Origin: Rhynchopus sp. YZ270_cl-10
Taxonomy: Eukaryota
DNA length: 64,000 nt
Direction of reading: 5' to 3'
Assembly: GCA_964035575.1 (NCBI GenBank)
Contig: OZ037842.1
Location: 1,240,001 to 1,304,000 of the forward strand
A program made the position numbers and the translations under genes. The notes under the pieces were generated by a model. That model did not search any database. It had not been told where the DNA came from and saw only the letters and a program-made list of their open reading frames with translations. Below are positions 36,500 to 47,262 of the stretch, one piece after another (positions within the stretch are counted from its first letter, which is position 1; every line of letters starts with the position of its first letter).

Positions 36500-37637
36500 A
36501 TTTTTTGGATTTTAGGGGGTGGGAGTGGGGGGGGGGGGGGGTTCATTGTGAACCTGCAGTATGAATGTGGGGGTGTGTTTCCACTTTTGGTGTTTCTCAA
36601 AATGCCAATCCGAAAAAGCAGGGAAAAAAGAAAAAATGGGTGTAAAAAGAAAACGAGATTGCACAATAAGTCGCAGACCTATTTGCATTTTTTTGAAGAT
36701 GTGCATTTATCTTAAAAAGCCTTCTTTCTTTCTTACAAACGTGGGAGGACACGAGGCCTTGTCTGCAAGCATACTAGCCCCTTCGGTGGAACTAACCCAG
36801 TATGTTTTTTCAGTTTGTGTTCTCTGTGTTCAGGGGTGTGTGTGAAGGTTCGTATCCTTTTTTTTGATTCTCATATTCTTCGGGCTTCTTTCAGAAGTGG
36901 GCTATTGTGCTCAACAGATCGAAAAAAAAAATGTAAGTGTTCAGAGAGAGCAGGATGACTGCGCCAAACACTCTACTTTCATTAATAGTTTTTCAGTCGC
37001 CTAAATCCGTCTTTGCCTTTTTTATCGCGGACTCACTGAGCGGGGCCTTACGCTTTCCAGCCGCACTGCTGCGCGAAGAAGAAGGTGGAAGTGGCTGCAA
37101 CTGAGGTTGTGAGCTGACAACGCACTGACAGCTTCACAAGCTCAGTGGCAGATTTCCCGTTCGCAGCGTTGAAGAGGATGTGAGCGTAGTGGCCACCAGT
37201 ATGCACCGATACCCCATCTCGAACTACCTTAGCCGGTTTCTGCTTAACTTTATCCACTCTCCCTTGCGTGGAATGACACCCATGTGCCCAACGGCGTCTC
37301 CCTTCCACAGTAAACAGGTTGCGTGGCTGCGCGGTTCTTCTCGCGTTCCTTCTCTGGCTGCAGCAACCCATCCCGCGCGCGCAAAACTACCGTGGTCCCT
37401 GTGCTTGAGCACAGGTTTTGTGGTCGAATTGTTCTTTGCTTTCTGTTCGAAAGTATTGTCTACTTTTCAACCCATCCTGCCAAACCTTTAACTCGAGAGC
37501 AGACTTCTTCTCCATAGAAAATCGGGGGTTTTTTTCGATTCCCGTCTCAAAGAAAGAGAATCGTACATAATTTTACCGTCTATTCCCCTCCCTCTTTACC
37601 CCTTATTTTCACTTTGCACCTTAGGGGATAAGGAAAA

Positions 37638-39932
37638 ATGAGCTGCACTGCGTTTGCTGCGTGGTCTGAAAACGGGAACGTGTGTGCGAACTGCAAGCAG
37701 CTGAAGTGCCCTGCTAAGGCGTCGATCGATATGGAGGCTGAGCTTGTGAAGGTGTTCAGGAGTGCGATTACACGGACGTACCCGGGGCTTGCAAACCAGC
37801 TCCCGAAGCTTCTCATCACGAAGGGACGTGGTGGTGCTGACTACCAATGTAACAACGCACCCGGGCTTGTCAAGCAGCTCTCCCTCCTGGACCCACCGAT
37901 CAAGACCGACAAGGACAAGGTTGCCGCATCCCTGATTGAGGCCGCCAAGGGCCCCATTGTTGCCGAGGCCAACTCCGTGAAGGGCTTCATCAACGTGAAG
38001 ATCTCAAAGGAGTACGTCCAGAACTCCATCCAGCGTCTCGTCAACGAAGGTGTCCAGCCCCCCGCTGTGCAGAAGAAGCGCATCCTCGTGGACTTCTCGT
38101 CCCCGAACATTGCAAAGAAGATGCACGTTGGGCATCTCCGGTCAACCATCATTGGTGACACCGTTTGCCGTCTCTTTGAGTTCTGCGGGCACGACGTCGA
38201 GAGAGTCAACCACGTTGGTGACTGGGGAACGCAGTTTGGAATGCTGATCACCCACCTGAAGAGCATTTGCCCTGACTTTTTGACGTCGCCGCCGGATGTG
38301 AACGACCTGGCGCAGTTCTACAAGGACGCGAAGAACAGGTTTGACGCGGAGCCCGACTTCAAGAAGCAGAGCCACGAGGAGGTGGTGAAGCTGCAGAGCG
38401 GGGATGCGGAGAACCTTGCTGCGTGGAAGCTGATGTGCGACATCTCGCGTCGTGAGTTTGCTGCCATCTACGACCGCCTTGACGTCGTGGCCGAGGAGCG
38501 TGGCGAGTCCTTCTACAACCCCATCATCCCCGACGTGCTCCAGAAGCTGCGCGACCTCAAGCTCACAAAGCTCAACGAAGGCGCCACCCTCCTCTCCGCC
38601 GTCGACTGGAAGAACCTTGACGACAAGAAGCTCGGCAAAGACGACGTCAAGAAGTGTGTCGGCTTCGCCATGATGAACGCAAAAGGAAAGGAAAAGGTGA
38701 ACCCCGTCCTCCTCGCCGAGGCCGCTGCGGCAGACCTCGCAAAAGAGGAGGACGGCGAGTGGATGCTCAAGGTCGGCAAGGAGTTCAAGGCTTGCTCAAA
38801 GATGGCGATGGAGGACTTCGACAAATTCCTTGTCTCTTGCAAGGATGTGATCACCCCGAAGGCGGGCACGCTGAACGAGAAGATCAAGGCCGAGCTGACG
38901 AAGATCGGATCCTACAAGGACGGGAAGATTGGTGTTCCTACCTTCAGCATTCCGCTTATTGCGCAGAAGAGCGACGGCGGGTTCTCCTACGACACCACCG
39001 ACCTTGCCGCGGTGTGGCACCGTTGCCAGGTGAGCAAGGCCAACCGCATTATCTGCATCACCGACAAGGGACAGGGTCTGCACTTCGACATGATCTTCCG
39101 TGCTGCACAGGACGCAGGCTGGGACCAGCACGAGGACGGCTCGACCATCCGCTTCGACCACGTTGGCTTCGGTGTTGTGTGCGGCGAGGACAAGAAGCGT
39201 TACCGTACACGCTCCGGGGAGACTGCGGCCCTGGCAGACCTGCTGGACGAGGGTGTGGCACGCTCGCTGGAGCAGTCGACAGAGAGGCAGGTGGAGAAGA
39301 TCGCACTCCACAAAGAGCTCATGGAGAAGGGTGAGCAGCGTGAACCCTACGTCGCCTTCACAGACGCAGAGCTCCAGGCCACTGCGGAAGTTGTGGGCAT
39401 CGGCGCAATTAAGTACTGCGACCTGCGCCAGAACCGCAACAGCGACTACGTCTTTGACAGCAAGAAGATGTGCTCGCTCAACGGCAACACCGTTATGGCG
39501 ATGATGTACTCCTACGTGCGTACCTGCTCGCTCGCGAAGAAGGCGGGTGTTGATGTGACGACCATCCGTGCCACACCCGTCAACCTGCAGCTCGACTCTG
39601 AGAAGACGCTTGCCGTGCACCTGCTCCGTTTCAGCGGTGTTGTGAGCGAGGCGGTATGGCCCTTCCCCAGATGTTTTTTCTTTATCCTCCCCCTTGCCCC
39701 CTATTGTTTATCAAAAATCATACCAACACAGTGCGAGTCCCTGCTCTTCCACAGCATCACCGACTACCTGTACGAGCTCTCCAACGTCTTCAACGAGTGC
39801 TACAACAACAAGGAGTGGAAGGTGGTCGGCTCCGAGCTCCAGAACTCCCGTCTTCTCCTCTGCGAGGCCACCGGAGCCACAATCAAGAAGGGTCTCGAGC
39901 TCCTTGGAATCAAGGTGGTCACCCGTCTGTAG
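37638..39932 (+). CDS. RARS: Arginyl-tRNA synthetase; exons 37638-39653, 39732-39932
   Basis: VDFSSPNIAKKMHVGHLRSTIIGD, NHVGDWGTQFG, GESFY, KSDGGFSYDTTDLA and a DALR-like C-terminal domain; one 78-nt GTATG..ACAG intron. Confidence 0.96.
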   Translation: MSCTAFAAWSENGNVCANCKQLKCPAKASIDMEAELVKVFRSAITRTYPGLANQLPKLLITKGRGGADYQCNNAPGLVKQLSLLDPPIKTDKDKVAASLIEAAKGPIVAEANSVKGFINVKISKEYVQNSIQRLVNEGVQPPAVQKKRILVDFSSPNIAKKMHVGHLRSTIIGDTVCRLFEFCGHDVERVNHVGDWGTQFGMLITHLKSICPDFLTSPPDVNDLAQFYKDAKNRFDAEPDFKKQSHEEVVKLQSGDAENLAAWKLMCDISRREFAAIYDRLDVVAEERGESFYNPIIPDVLQKLRDLKLTKLNEGATLLSAVDWKNLDDKKLGKDDVKKCVGFAMMNAKGKEKVNPVLLAEAAAADLAKEEDGEWMLKVGKEFKACSKMAMEDFDKFLVSCKDVITPKAGTLNEKIKAELTKIGSYKDGKIGVPTFSIPLIAQKSDGGFSYDTTDLAAVWHRCQVSKANRIICITDKGQGLHFDMIFRAAQDAGWDQHEDGSTIRFDHVGFGVVCGEDKKRYRTRSGETAALADLLDEGVARSLEQSTERQVEKIALHKELMEKGEQREPYVAFTDAELQATAEVVGIGAIKYCDLRQNRNSDYVFDSKKMCSLNGNTVMAMMYSYVRTCSLAKKAGVDVTTIRATPVNLQLDSEKTLAVHLLRFSGVVSEAVWPFPRCFFFILPLAPYCLSKIIPTQCESLLFHSITDYLYELSNVFNECYNNKEWKVVGSELQNSRLLLCEATGATIKKGLELLGIKVVTRL

Positions 39933-40198
39933 GGGGGTTGGTTGTGTGGGGTTTTGTTTCTGTTTTTTTTTTTTTTTTCCCTTTTTTTTTTTTCTCTAAC
40001 CATGTCTGAGGGTGTTCCAGTTCAAGACGCGTGAATGAGGATAGGCATTATAAATTTTCAAAAAAAAAATATCTGGGGAAGTGTACCAAAGTGTACACAT
40101 TCGCTTTCCTAATTTGGGGGAAAAAATTGGGGGAAAAATTGAAATGAAACAAACAAAAAATATGCCTCTTTACAGCGCCGACGGGAAATATTCGAAGG

Positions 40199-40318
40199 GG
40201 TGGTGGTTGTGTGAGAATTGTCCATCAATGATTCATAATACATAATAGACATCACAATACAGCTGTATTGTGTATTATGTATTGAATGATGTGCAATAAT
40301 GACAATACAACCTCCGCT
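40199..40318. mobile_element. Foldback/MITE-like palindromic element, copy 1
   Basis: Imperfect ~120-bp palindrome centred on CAATACAGCTGTATTG; related to 44911-45017. Confidence 0.55.
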
Positions 40319-40565
40319 AATGGTTATGCGTTGTGTATGTTGTTATGTTTTCAAGAAGATCTCTGTACTGCTTATTGTTCACTTAAGGCGACTAAACAAA
40401 ATATGAGAGGCTTAAAGCTGTCTTACAACTTGCTTTCTTATTTTTGAATATTTTGAAGAAATAAAAAATCCTCGTTTGTTTTGGCATTCTGTGATTGCCG
40501 GCAGACTAACCAGCTTTATTAGGAAAAAGCAAAATGGTGATTTCAGGAAAGCCAACCGAGGATTT

Positions 40566-40644
40566 ATTTCACGCAGCTGATGCTGCGCGATAACGAAAAT
40601 GTTATCAAAAAGATGACTAAGCACAGAGAGGCTTAGGTTCATCT
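40566..40644 (+). repeat. Long (two-hairpin) family A copy, intergenic
   Basis: Near-identical to 24878-24951; a weaker copy lies at 40387-40423. Confidence 0.85.
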
Positions 40645-42089
40645 AATCAACTTTTCTTTATTTTTTTCATGCACATTAATATAGGATGTACTATTATTTG
40701 AGCCGGCTCATTTATGTGTCATTCTCCATTTAGCAACATCCCCGATGTACATGATATGAAAATGTTCAAAAAATAATCAAAAAAAAAAAAAAAATACGTC
40801 ACGAAAGAAAGAACGCTTTTCTGGACGAGAATCTGCTCAACGGAGATAATCAAATATTCAACAAAAAATACAAAAAAAAAAAAAAAATGTTGGTTCTGCG
40901 AAGGGGTAGTTTATTCTGAAAACAAGTGGAGGGAAAAAGTATGTGAGAATCATGTCAGGCATATTTCATCTTTTTTTTATTGTGCAAACCCAACCATTGA
41001 GGTTGGAAGGGGGTCCATTCAGGGGAAAACAAAAAAAAAGCTCCACTCACCAGATTTCAAATTATATTTCAAAAAAAATTCAGGTGTCCCACACAATACC
41101 ACTCGTTCTGGATCAGGACCCCCCCCACGCCGTATTTAATTCTTCGCGTACCGAAACGGGCACCTCAAAAGGATCATCCCAGCGTTTCACATCGCCCGCC
41201 ACGTGACGATCAACTCTGCTTAGGTGCGACAAAGTGTCCTTCAAGCGTCGTACCCGACAAGACTTTCGTGGCGCCGCAGGTCGATCTTGGCTTGTATGCT
41301 CTCTCTCTGTGAAAAATAATATAACAGAAAACATAGCTTTCTTTGTTTGCGGTACTACCCCCAAATCAACGACTCCGTAACTCTGAAGAACTGTCTGGGT
41401 GTGCAGTTCCCCTCGAAAACCAAACTTGGCTCCTGCAGGCCCAGTTCCAGATCTGTGCGGTTTGGATGCCGCGAACATGCATATTCTTGGAGACCAGTGC
41501 GGCACACGTGGTCGAGAGAAACATTTATTACAGGACGGGCTTCAGATCTGGGAAGTACGCGAAGGTCGTCACAGATTCCTACCCCTGACGAGCTCGGAAA
41601 TGAAAGCCCCTCGTTCTCTCTCGAGTCTGCCCACCTCGGCCTGCGCTAGCAGCGAAGGTAAGGCGCCTGTCGAAAAGTGCAGCAGGGGTCGACAGTCGGG
41701 CACATGTCACGAACAAGTCCCTATGCTGTTCAAGCTCTGACAACGCATACACAGGTACGAACCAGTGCTGAAAGCTACCTCCCACCAATTACATCATGAG
41801 TGTGGCATATTGCACTCTGCCAAGTGTCTGTCGGCACTATGTCACTGATGCTGCTGGGACTATACGCAATCTCTTGACCACTCCATGTATGCACAGAGCA
41901 TCATTTTTTGTCGCTAGATTCGCTTTCGCCGTCCACCCTCGAACCTCTGACTCATTCAACCCGAGGTACACATCCATCTTATAAACTTTCCCTTTTTATT
42001 TCATCCCTATAGTATACAAATTCGCGAGCCCCCCCCCTTTCCCCCTCATACACTCCCATAGGAAAGACAAAACAACCCTCGGGTAAACA

Positions 42090-44127
42090 ATGGCAGTGGC
42101 GGCACATGGACCGCTTCCATTTGAGGGGCGGACGGTTCATCTTGTCTCGGACCTGACCTTGAGGGAGCAGTTGTACCTTTACGAGAAGACACGTCTGTTG
42201 AAGCAGCACGAGACGGCAAAGGAGGCTTCAGAGAAGGCTTTGCTGTCGGGGTGCACGCCGACGCATCTTGATTTGAAGAACAACCCGCAGAAGTGTGCGG
42301 TGTACCTGATCTTCTGCGAGGAGTCGACCCGGACGAAGGACTCCTTCAGAAATGCGGCCGTCTTCCACCAGATGGACGTCAATGAAATCAGCGACGCAAA
42401 GTCCCTCTTCAAGAAGGAGACCGTCGCAGACGTCGTCAAGATGCTTGCAAGCTACTCCACAAAGAAGTCCCTCTTCGTCATCCGCTCTCCCATGGAAGGA
42501 GTCTGCAGATGGCTAGAAAACGCTATGGGGAGCGGCTTTGGCCCGCAAAAGCCTTGCTTCTTGAACGCAGGGGACGGCCGCCATACCCACCCTACTCTCG
42601 AATATGTTGATGTGTACACTCTGCTGGAGATCAACAACTTTGATAGGTCTGAAATCCACATTGCATTGGTGGGTGACCTGCAGAACGGAAGAACCGCGCA
42701 TTCAAAGGTGGATGGACTCAAGATTTTTGAGAAGGTAACAGTCGACCTGATCTCCCCACAGGAGATTGCGTACCCCGTTGAATACAAAATGAAGATGAAG
42801 GCGAATGGGTTTACTGTTCGCGAATTTACATCCATCGAGGAATATCTTGCGCAAAACGACAAATCAACTACAGCAAAGGTCTGGTCCTTCAGCAGACTGC
42901 AGATCAGCAGAATAGGCGAGGAGCTTCACGGACGGGAAGAGGACCTCTACAAGGCTGTCGTTTTCAAGGCAGAGTGGCGGTCACGCTTACCAGAGGGTGT
43001 CAAATTCTTGCAGACCCTTCCAAGAGATCCGACCCACCCTTTGATCCCTTACAGCTTTGACGGCGACAGCATCAATGCCTACGAGCGTGCATCATCAAAC
43101 GGTTATTGGGTGAGAATCACACTGCTCGGCATGGTGATGGGTCTGCTTGGGCAGGACTTTATCCCGCAGTCTCCTAAGCCATCTGATTTGGTGCCGACAT
43201 TGGGTGCAGGGGATATGTTCCAGGCAGACTTTATTACGAAGGTGTTGGTGAAGGAGAAGACGGAGCCCGAAACGAAAGGGCCGATCCATCACTTCGAGAA
43301 GGGTGTGGTGATTGACCATATCCTGAGGGGGGCGAGCAACCCAGAGTGCTGGGCGTTGGTAGACTCAATTCGTAAGGTGATGCATTGGATGTCCATGCTT
43401 GGGTCACATGGTGTGCACCATGGTGAAGGTGACGACAAGGTCACAAAGGGTGTCATCGCCATCCCTGATTTTAACTTCGCAAGCTGGCAGACAGAGGACC
43501 TCAAGAAGCTGGCAGCGCTCTCTCCAGGCTGCACCGTCAACATCATTGAGGGCTTCCACGTCAAGGAGAAGTACAGACTCGCTACACCAACCCGCATCTA
43601 CAACATCCCCAACGTGCAGTGCAAAAACATTAGTTGTGTTTCGAACCACAACCAGCCTGATGTATGGTTTAAGTTTCATCTACATAATGCAACTCACTGT
43701 AAAGAAACGTACAATTTTCGGTAGGAAAAAACCCTCCTTGAGAGTTTTGAAGTCCCAAAATTTACCTTAGTTTTTTACCCCTTCGATGTTTACTGGCATA
43801 TTTAGGCCAGCTTTTCTGTCAAAGCTACATATTTTACAAAAAAAAAATAACACAAAATATAAACAACAGGTTTTGTCTGACTTCCTGCGTGTCCCCTTCT
43901 ATGTCAGCACCGCTCTGAAGTGCAAACTGCCTGCATATGAGATCCGTCTTAAGGGTCAGTTTGCAGAGCTGAACCTGGGCGCGACTATCGACGAAGGCTC
44001 AGAGGACGGTGCCCTTGACGACAGCAAGTCGCCACGTTCCCTCCAGCAGAACTCTGGTCACTACCTCTTCGTCTGCAGATATTGCATGTGGCCACACTTC
44101 TACAAGGACATTTGGGCAAAGCATTGA
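42090..44127 (+). CDS. pyrBI: Fused aspartate carbamoyltransferase catalytic + regulatory chains (PyrB-PyrI); exons 42090-43661, 43870-44127
   Basis: PyrB motifs FCEESTRT, NAGDGRHTHPT, VGDLQNGRTAHS, SRLQ. PyrI motifs GVVIDHI, SPGCTVNII and zinc cysteines CKNISC and CRYC. One GTATG..ACAG intron. Confidence 0.88.
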
Positions 44128-44910
44128 ATCTAGATCTAAAAAGAAGAAGAAAAAAATGAATGTTTGTGATTTTACCCCATGCACGGAATGTGCTACGAAA
44201 TAGTGGGGGGGTGGTCAGGAACAAGAAAATGTGAAGTATTGCTCTCATAGTGTCGTATTATGGTTTTATTTGGTGTGGTGTGTATACTGTGAGACTCAAA
44301 ATTTATCTTTGTTTTTTTGGGGGGGGATTCCCATTTCAAATTTTTGCACGTTATCTCCTTGCAAGTTTGTTGATTTGCTTTTGGGAAAAAAGAAGAAGAA
44401 GAGAAAAAGAGAAAAAAGTATAGTGTATCACACTCTAGGGTGGCTACACTATTACAACCAAGTTTTCAGAAGAAAAAAACAGTGGAGATTGCACAACTGT
44501 GGCAACACAACCGAGGCAACTACACTACTCCAACAATTTATCAAAAAAAAATATGAATAAGAAACCAATGCGAGAAGAGTAGGTAGCAAACCTTCGGAAT
44601 ATGGGGGAAGCTTGTGGTTTTTAAACGACAGCTTTTGCGAAGTGAATGGGGATTGTGAAGGATTTTTTTTGGTGTTGGAATAGAAAGTTTCGAAGCAGTG
44701 CCTTCAGCATACACAGAGCCATTGTTTTGCAATTATTTATGACTCTTTTTTTGGGGAGGGGAACAAAAAAAAAACCGCTAAAAGTAAAGAAAGCAATAAA
44801 AACTATTTCGGATTATCCTCGTTGAGCAAAAGACGCTACAATAGCTTTTTCTCAACACCAACTCAAATAATTATTATTTTGTTGTTGTTAACGACGACTA
44901 AGTGAGAGCT

Positions 44911-45017
44911 GGGTGGTGGATGTATTGTGTTAAAATTGCCCAACATAATACAACCCAGCTGTATTGAGACGTGTATTATGTATTATGATGGACAATTATC
45001 ACAATACAGCCACTACT
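44911..45017. mobile_element. Foldback/MITE-like palindromic element, copy 2
   Basis: Ends GGTGGTGGATGTATTGTG... and ...CACAATACAGCCACTACT are imperfect inverted repeats. Confidence 0.55.
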
Positions 45018-45298
45018 AAGAGAAGCTGACACTCATCCTTACCAACCATTTTCCAGGAATTTTTGTGATTTTTTTCTATTTCTCCCTTTTTTATTTTCAA
45101 AAAAGTAAATGCATTATGTCATCATGGGTCGGTTAGCAAAAATCAGAGAAAAAAAAAGCCGCCTTTCTCCTCTGGACTCCTTTGGACTCTGACAGTTTCT
45201 TTTTTTTTGATTTTTTTTCCACCGCCCTCACCCTTTACCACCCTCTTTTTTGCCATGCCATACAAAAACGAAAAAAAAAAAAGAAATTCTCCTCCTAC

Positions 45299-45447
45299 AT
45301 TAGGCCAGTTGACGTCAGGGGGTCAGTTTAGGAAATTTGTCTATTTTTTTTTCTGGGAAATTGTGTCTTTTGATATTTTTTCCCATACTCCCATACCCTC
45401 CCATACCCTCTCATACCCTACCTCACCGTGACGTCAACTGGGCTAAT
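45299..45447. mobile_element. 149-bp MITE-like element with ~22-bp inverted termini
   Basis: ATTAGGCCAGTTGACGTCAGGG versus the reverse complement of CCGTGACGTCAACTGGGCTAAT match at 20/22 positions. Confidence 0.5.
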
Positions 45448-45532
45448 TATTAACCTTAACTTAACCTTTCTCCCCCTTCCACAATACAGCGTTGAGGAAT
45501 AAACCACTGTGCACCCCTCTCTTTGTTAAACA

Positions 45533-47262
45533 ATGTTCAAACGAAGCGCGTGCAGTGCGATGTACAGCACACCCCGTATGTCTGTTGCGGACTGCGGTGC
45601 TAAGGTTATTACCTTCTGCGAACAGCACCCTGTCAGCGGCGTTTCCATCTTCACTGGGATTGGCTCGAGGTTTGAGGATGAAAACACTGCAGGGTGCTCT
45701 CGGGTGTTGGAGAAGCTTGCATATGGAGTTACTGGGAAGGGAAAGGAAAGCTTTTTTAATGTCAGCGGGAACCTTGGTGTGCTGAACCAGAGAGAGGTGA
45801 TGATGTACCGTTTGGTCTGTTTGAGGTGGGAGGTGGAGGCAGCTTTTAAGCATCTCCTGAGGATGTCCGTACGCCCTGAGATCACCGAAGAAACGGTTCG
45901 TGAGGCGAAAAGCCTCTGCGTCTCCAGTACAGAGCTGATGAGGCAGGATCCATCAAAGATTCTCTTCGAGCTTCTGCACCAGGCAGCATGGAAGGACAAC
46001 ACCCTGGGTCTCCCTGCCGTCGAGGATGTGCTTCTCAACCCTAGTACAGACCTTGGTGCTATAGAGAACCATCTCCCCCACATCACACCAGAGGTCCTCA
46101 CGCAGTATCTCGATACGTTCGTTCAACCCTCGAGGATTACGGTTGCCGCCAGAGGTGTTGAGCACGAAGCCATGCTCGAAATTGTCAACTCCACTCTCGG
46201 CCCGATGTTCGAAGGAAAAACCGCACCCCGTCTCCCAGAGTTCCCTAAAGCACATTATACGGGTGGTGGTATGTCGTTTTGTGTTTTTTTTAAAGGGTGG
46301 ATCAGAAACTTTATCAATTTCAAAAAAAAATGAGGTGGTGAAAAATTTTTGAACCATTTTTTTTTCTTGCAGTGAAACTCCTGGAGAACCTGTCCGCCCC
46401 GCAGTCGATCCAAAAGTTTGAGGAGAAGAACCACACCCACGTTGGGATCATGTTCAACGGTGCGGCGCTGGAGCAGAAGGACCAGAACACGCAGCTGGTG
46501 GTGCAGACCATGCTTGGTGGGGGGATGTCATTCAGCGCAGGGGGGCCGGGGAAGGGGATGCTCACAAAGCTGTACCGTGAATGTCTCTGCAAGTATGTTG
46601 CTTTCCATCCCTTCCCATCAATCCAACTCAATCCATCAAAAAATATCAATATTTTGGGAAAACTGTCTACCTCACATCTACCTCACATCTTTCCTCTAAA
46701 CAACTCCTCACCAACTCTTCCTGGGTAATCCATAACCTTCGAGTGTAATGCCCTTTAGGCGTTTTTTTCTTCTCAGTATAATATTATGAATCTAACTTCT
46801 CCACCCTCCAATATTAATACCCACTTTTTTTCTTACAGCAACCGGTGGTTGGATGCGATTGAGGGACTCAGTGCTGCCTACAGTGATGCCGGTCTGTTGG
46901 GGATTTATGGTCAGGCCGACCATGACCACAGTGAAATGCTGTTTGATCTGATCAGGAAGCAGATGGCGACAATCCCGGAAAGGATCACTGATCCAATTGT
47001 GGTGATGGCGACGAACAAATGCCTGTCGCAGAAGCGAATGCAATTTGAGGAACGTTTGGCGTCTTTGGAGGAGGTCGGCCGTTGGGCGTCTACAGCAGAC
47101 CGTATGTTCTGCCACGAGGAGTTGCAGCAGGGAATATCCGAGGTCACCCTCCCCGTCATCCAGGACTTCGTCTCGAAAAGGGTGATGGGAACCCCTACCG
47201 TTGCTGTCTACGGAAATCTCAAAGGGCTCGAGTCCAGCCACCGTCTTCACAGCATTGTTTGA
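45533..47262 (+). CDS. MPPA: Mitochondrial processing peptidase alpha subunit (M16B); exons 45533-46268, 46373-46592, 46839-47262
   Basis: GSRFE, non-catalytic SRVLEKLA in place of HXXEH, glycine-rich loop GGGMSFSAGGPGKGM, YSDAGLLGI; two phase-consistent introns. Confidence 0.92.

Noticed and set aside
37040..37500. GC-rich stretch upstream of ArgRS as a gene or RNA gene
   Set aside because: Only short ORFs, with no recognisable motif or tRNA/snRNA fold.
860..40644. Family A as a CRISPR array or canonical H/ACA snoRNA
   Set aside because: Copies are dispersed rather than regularly spaced and no cas genes are present; there is no pseudouridylation pocket 14-16 nt from an ACA box.
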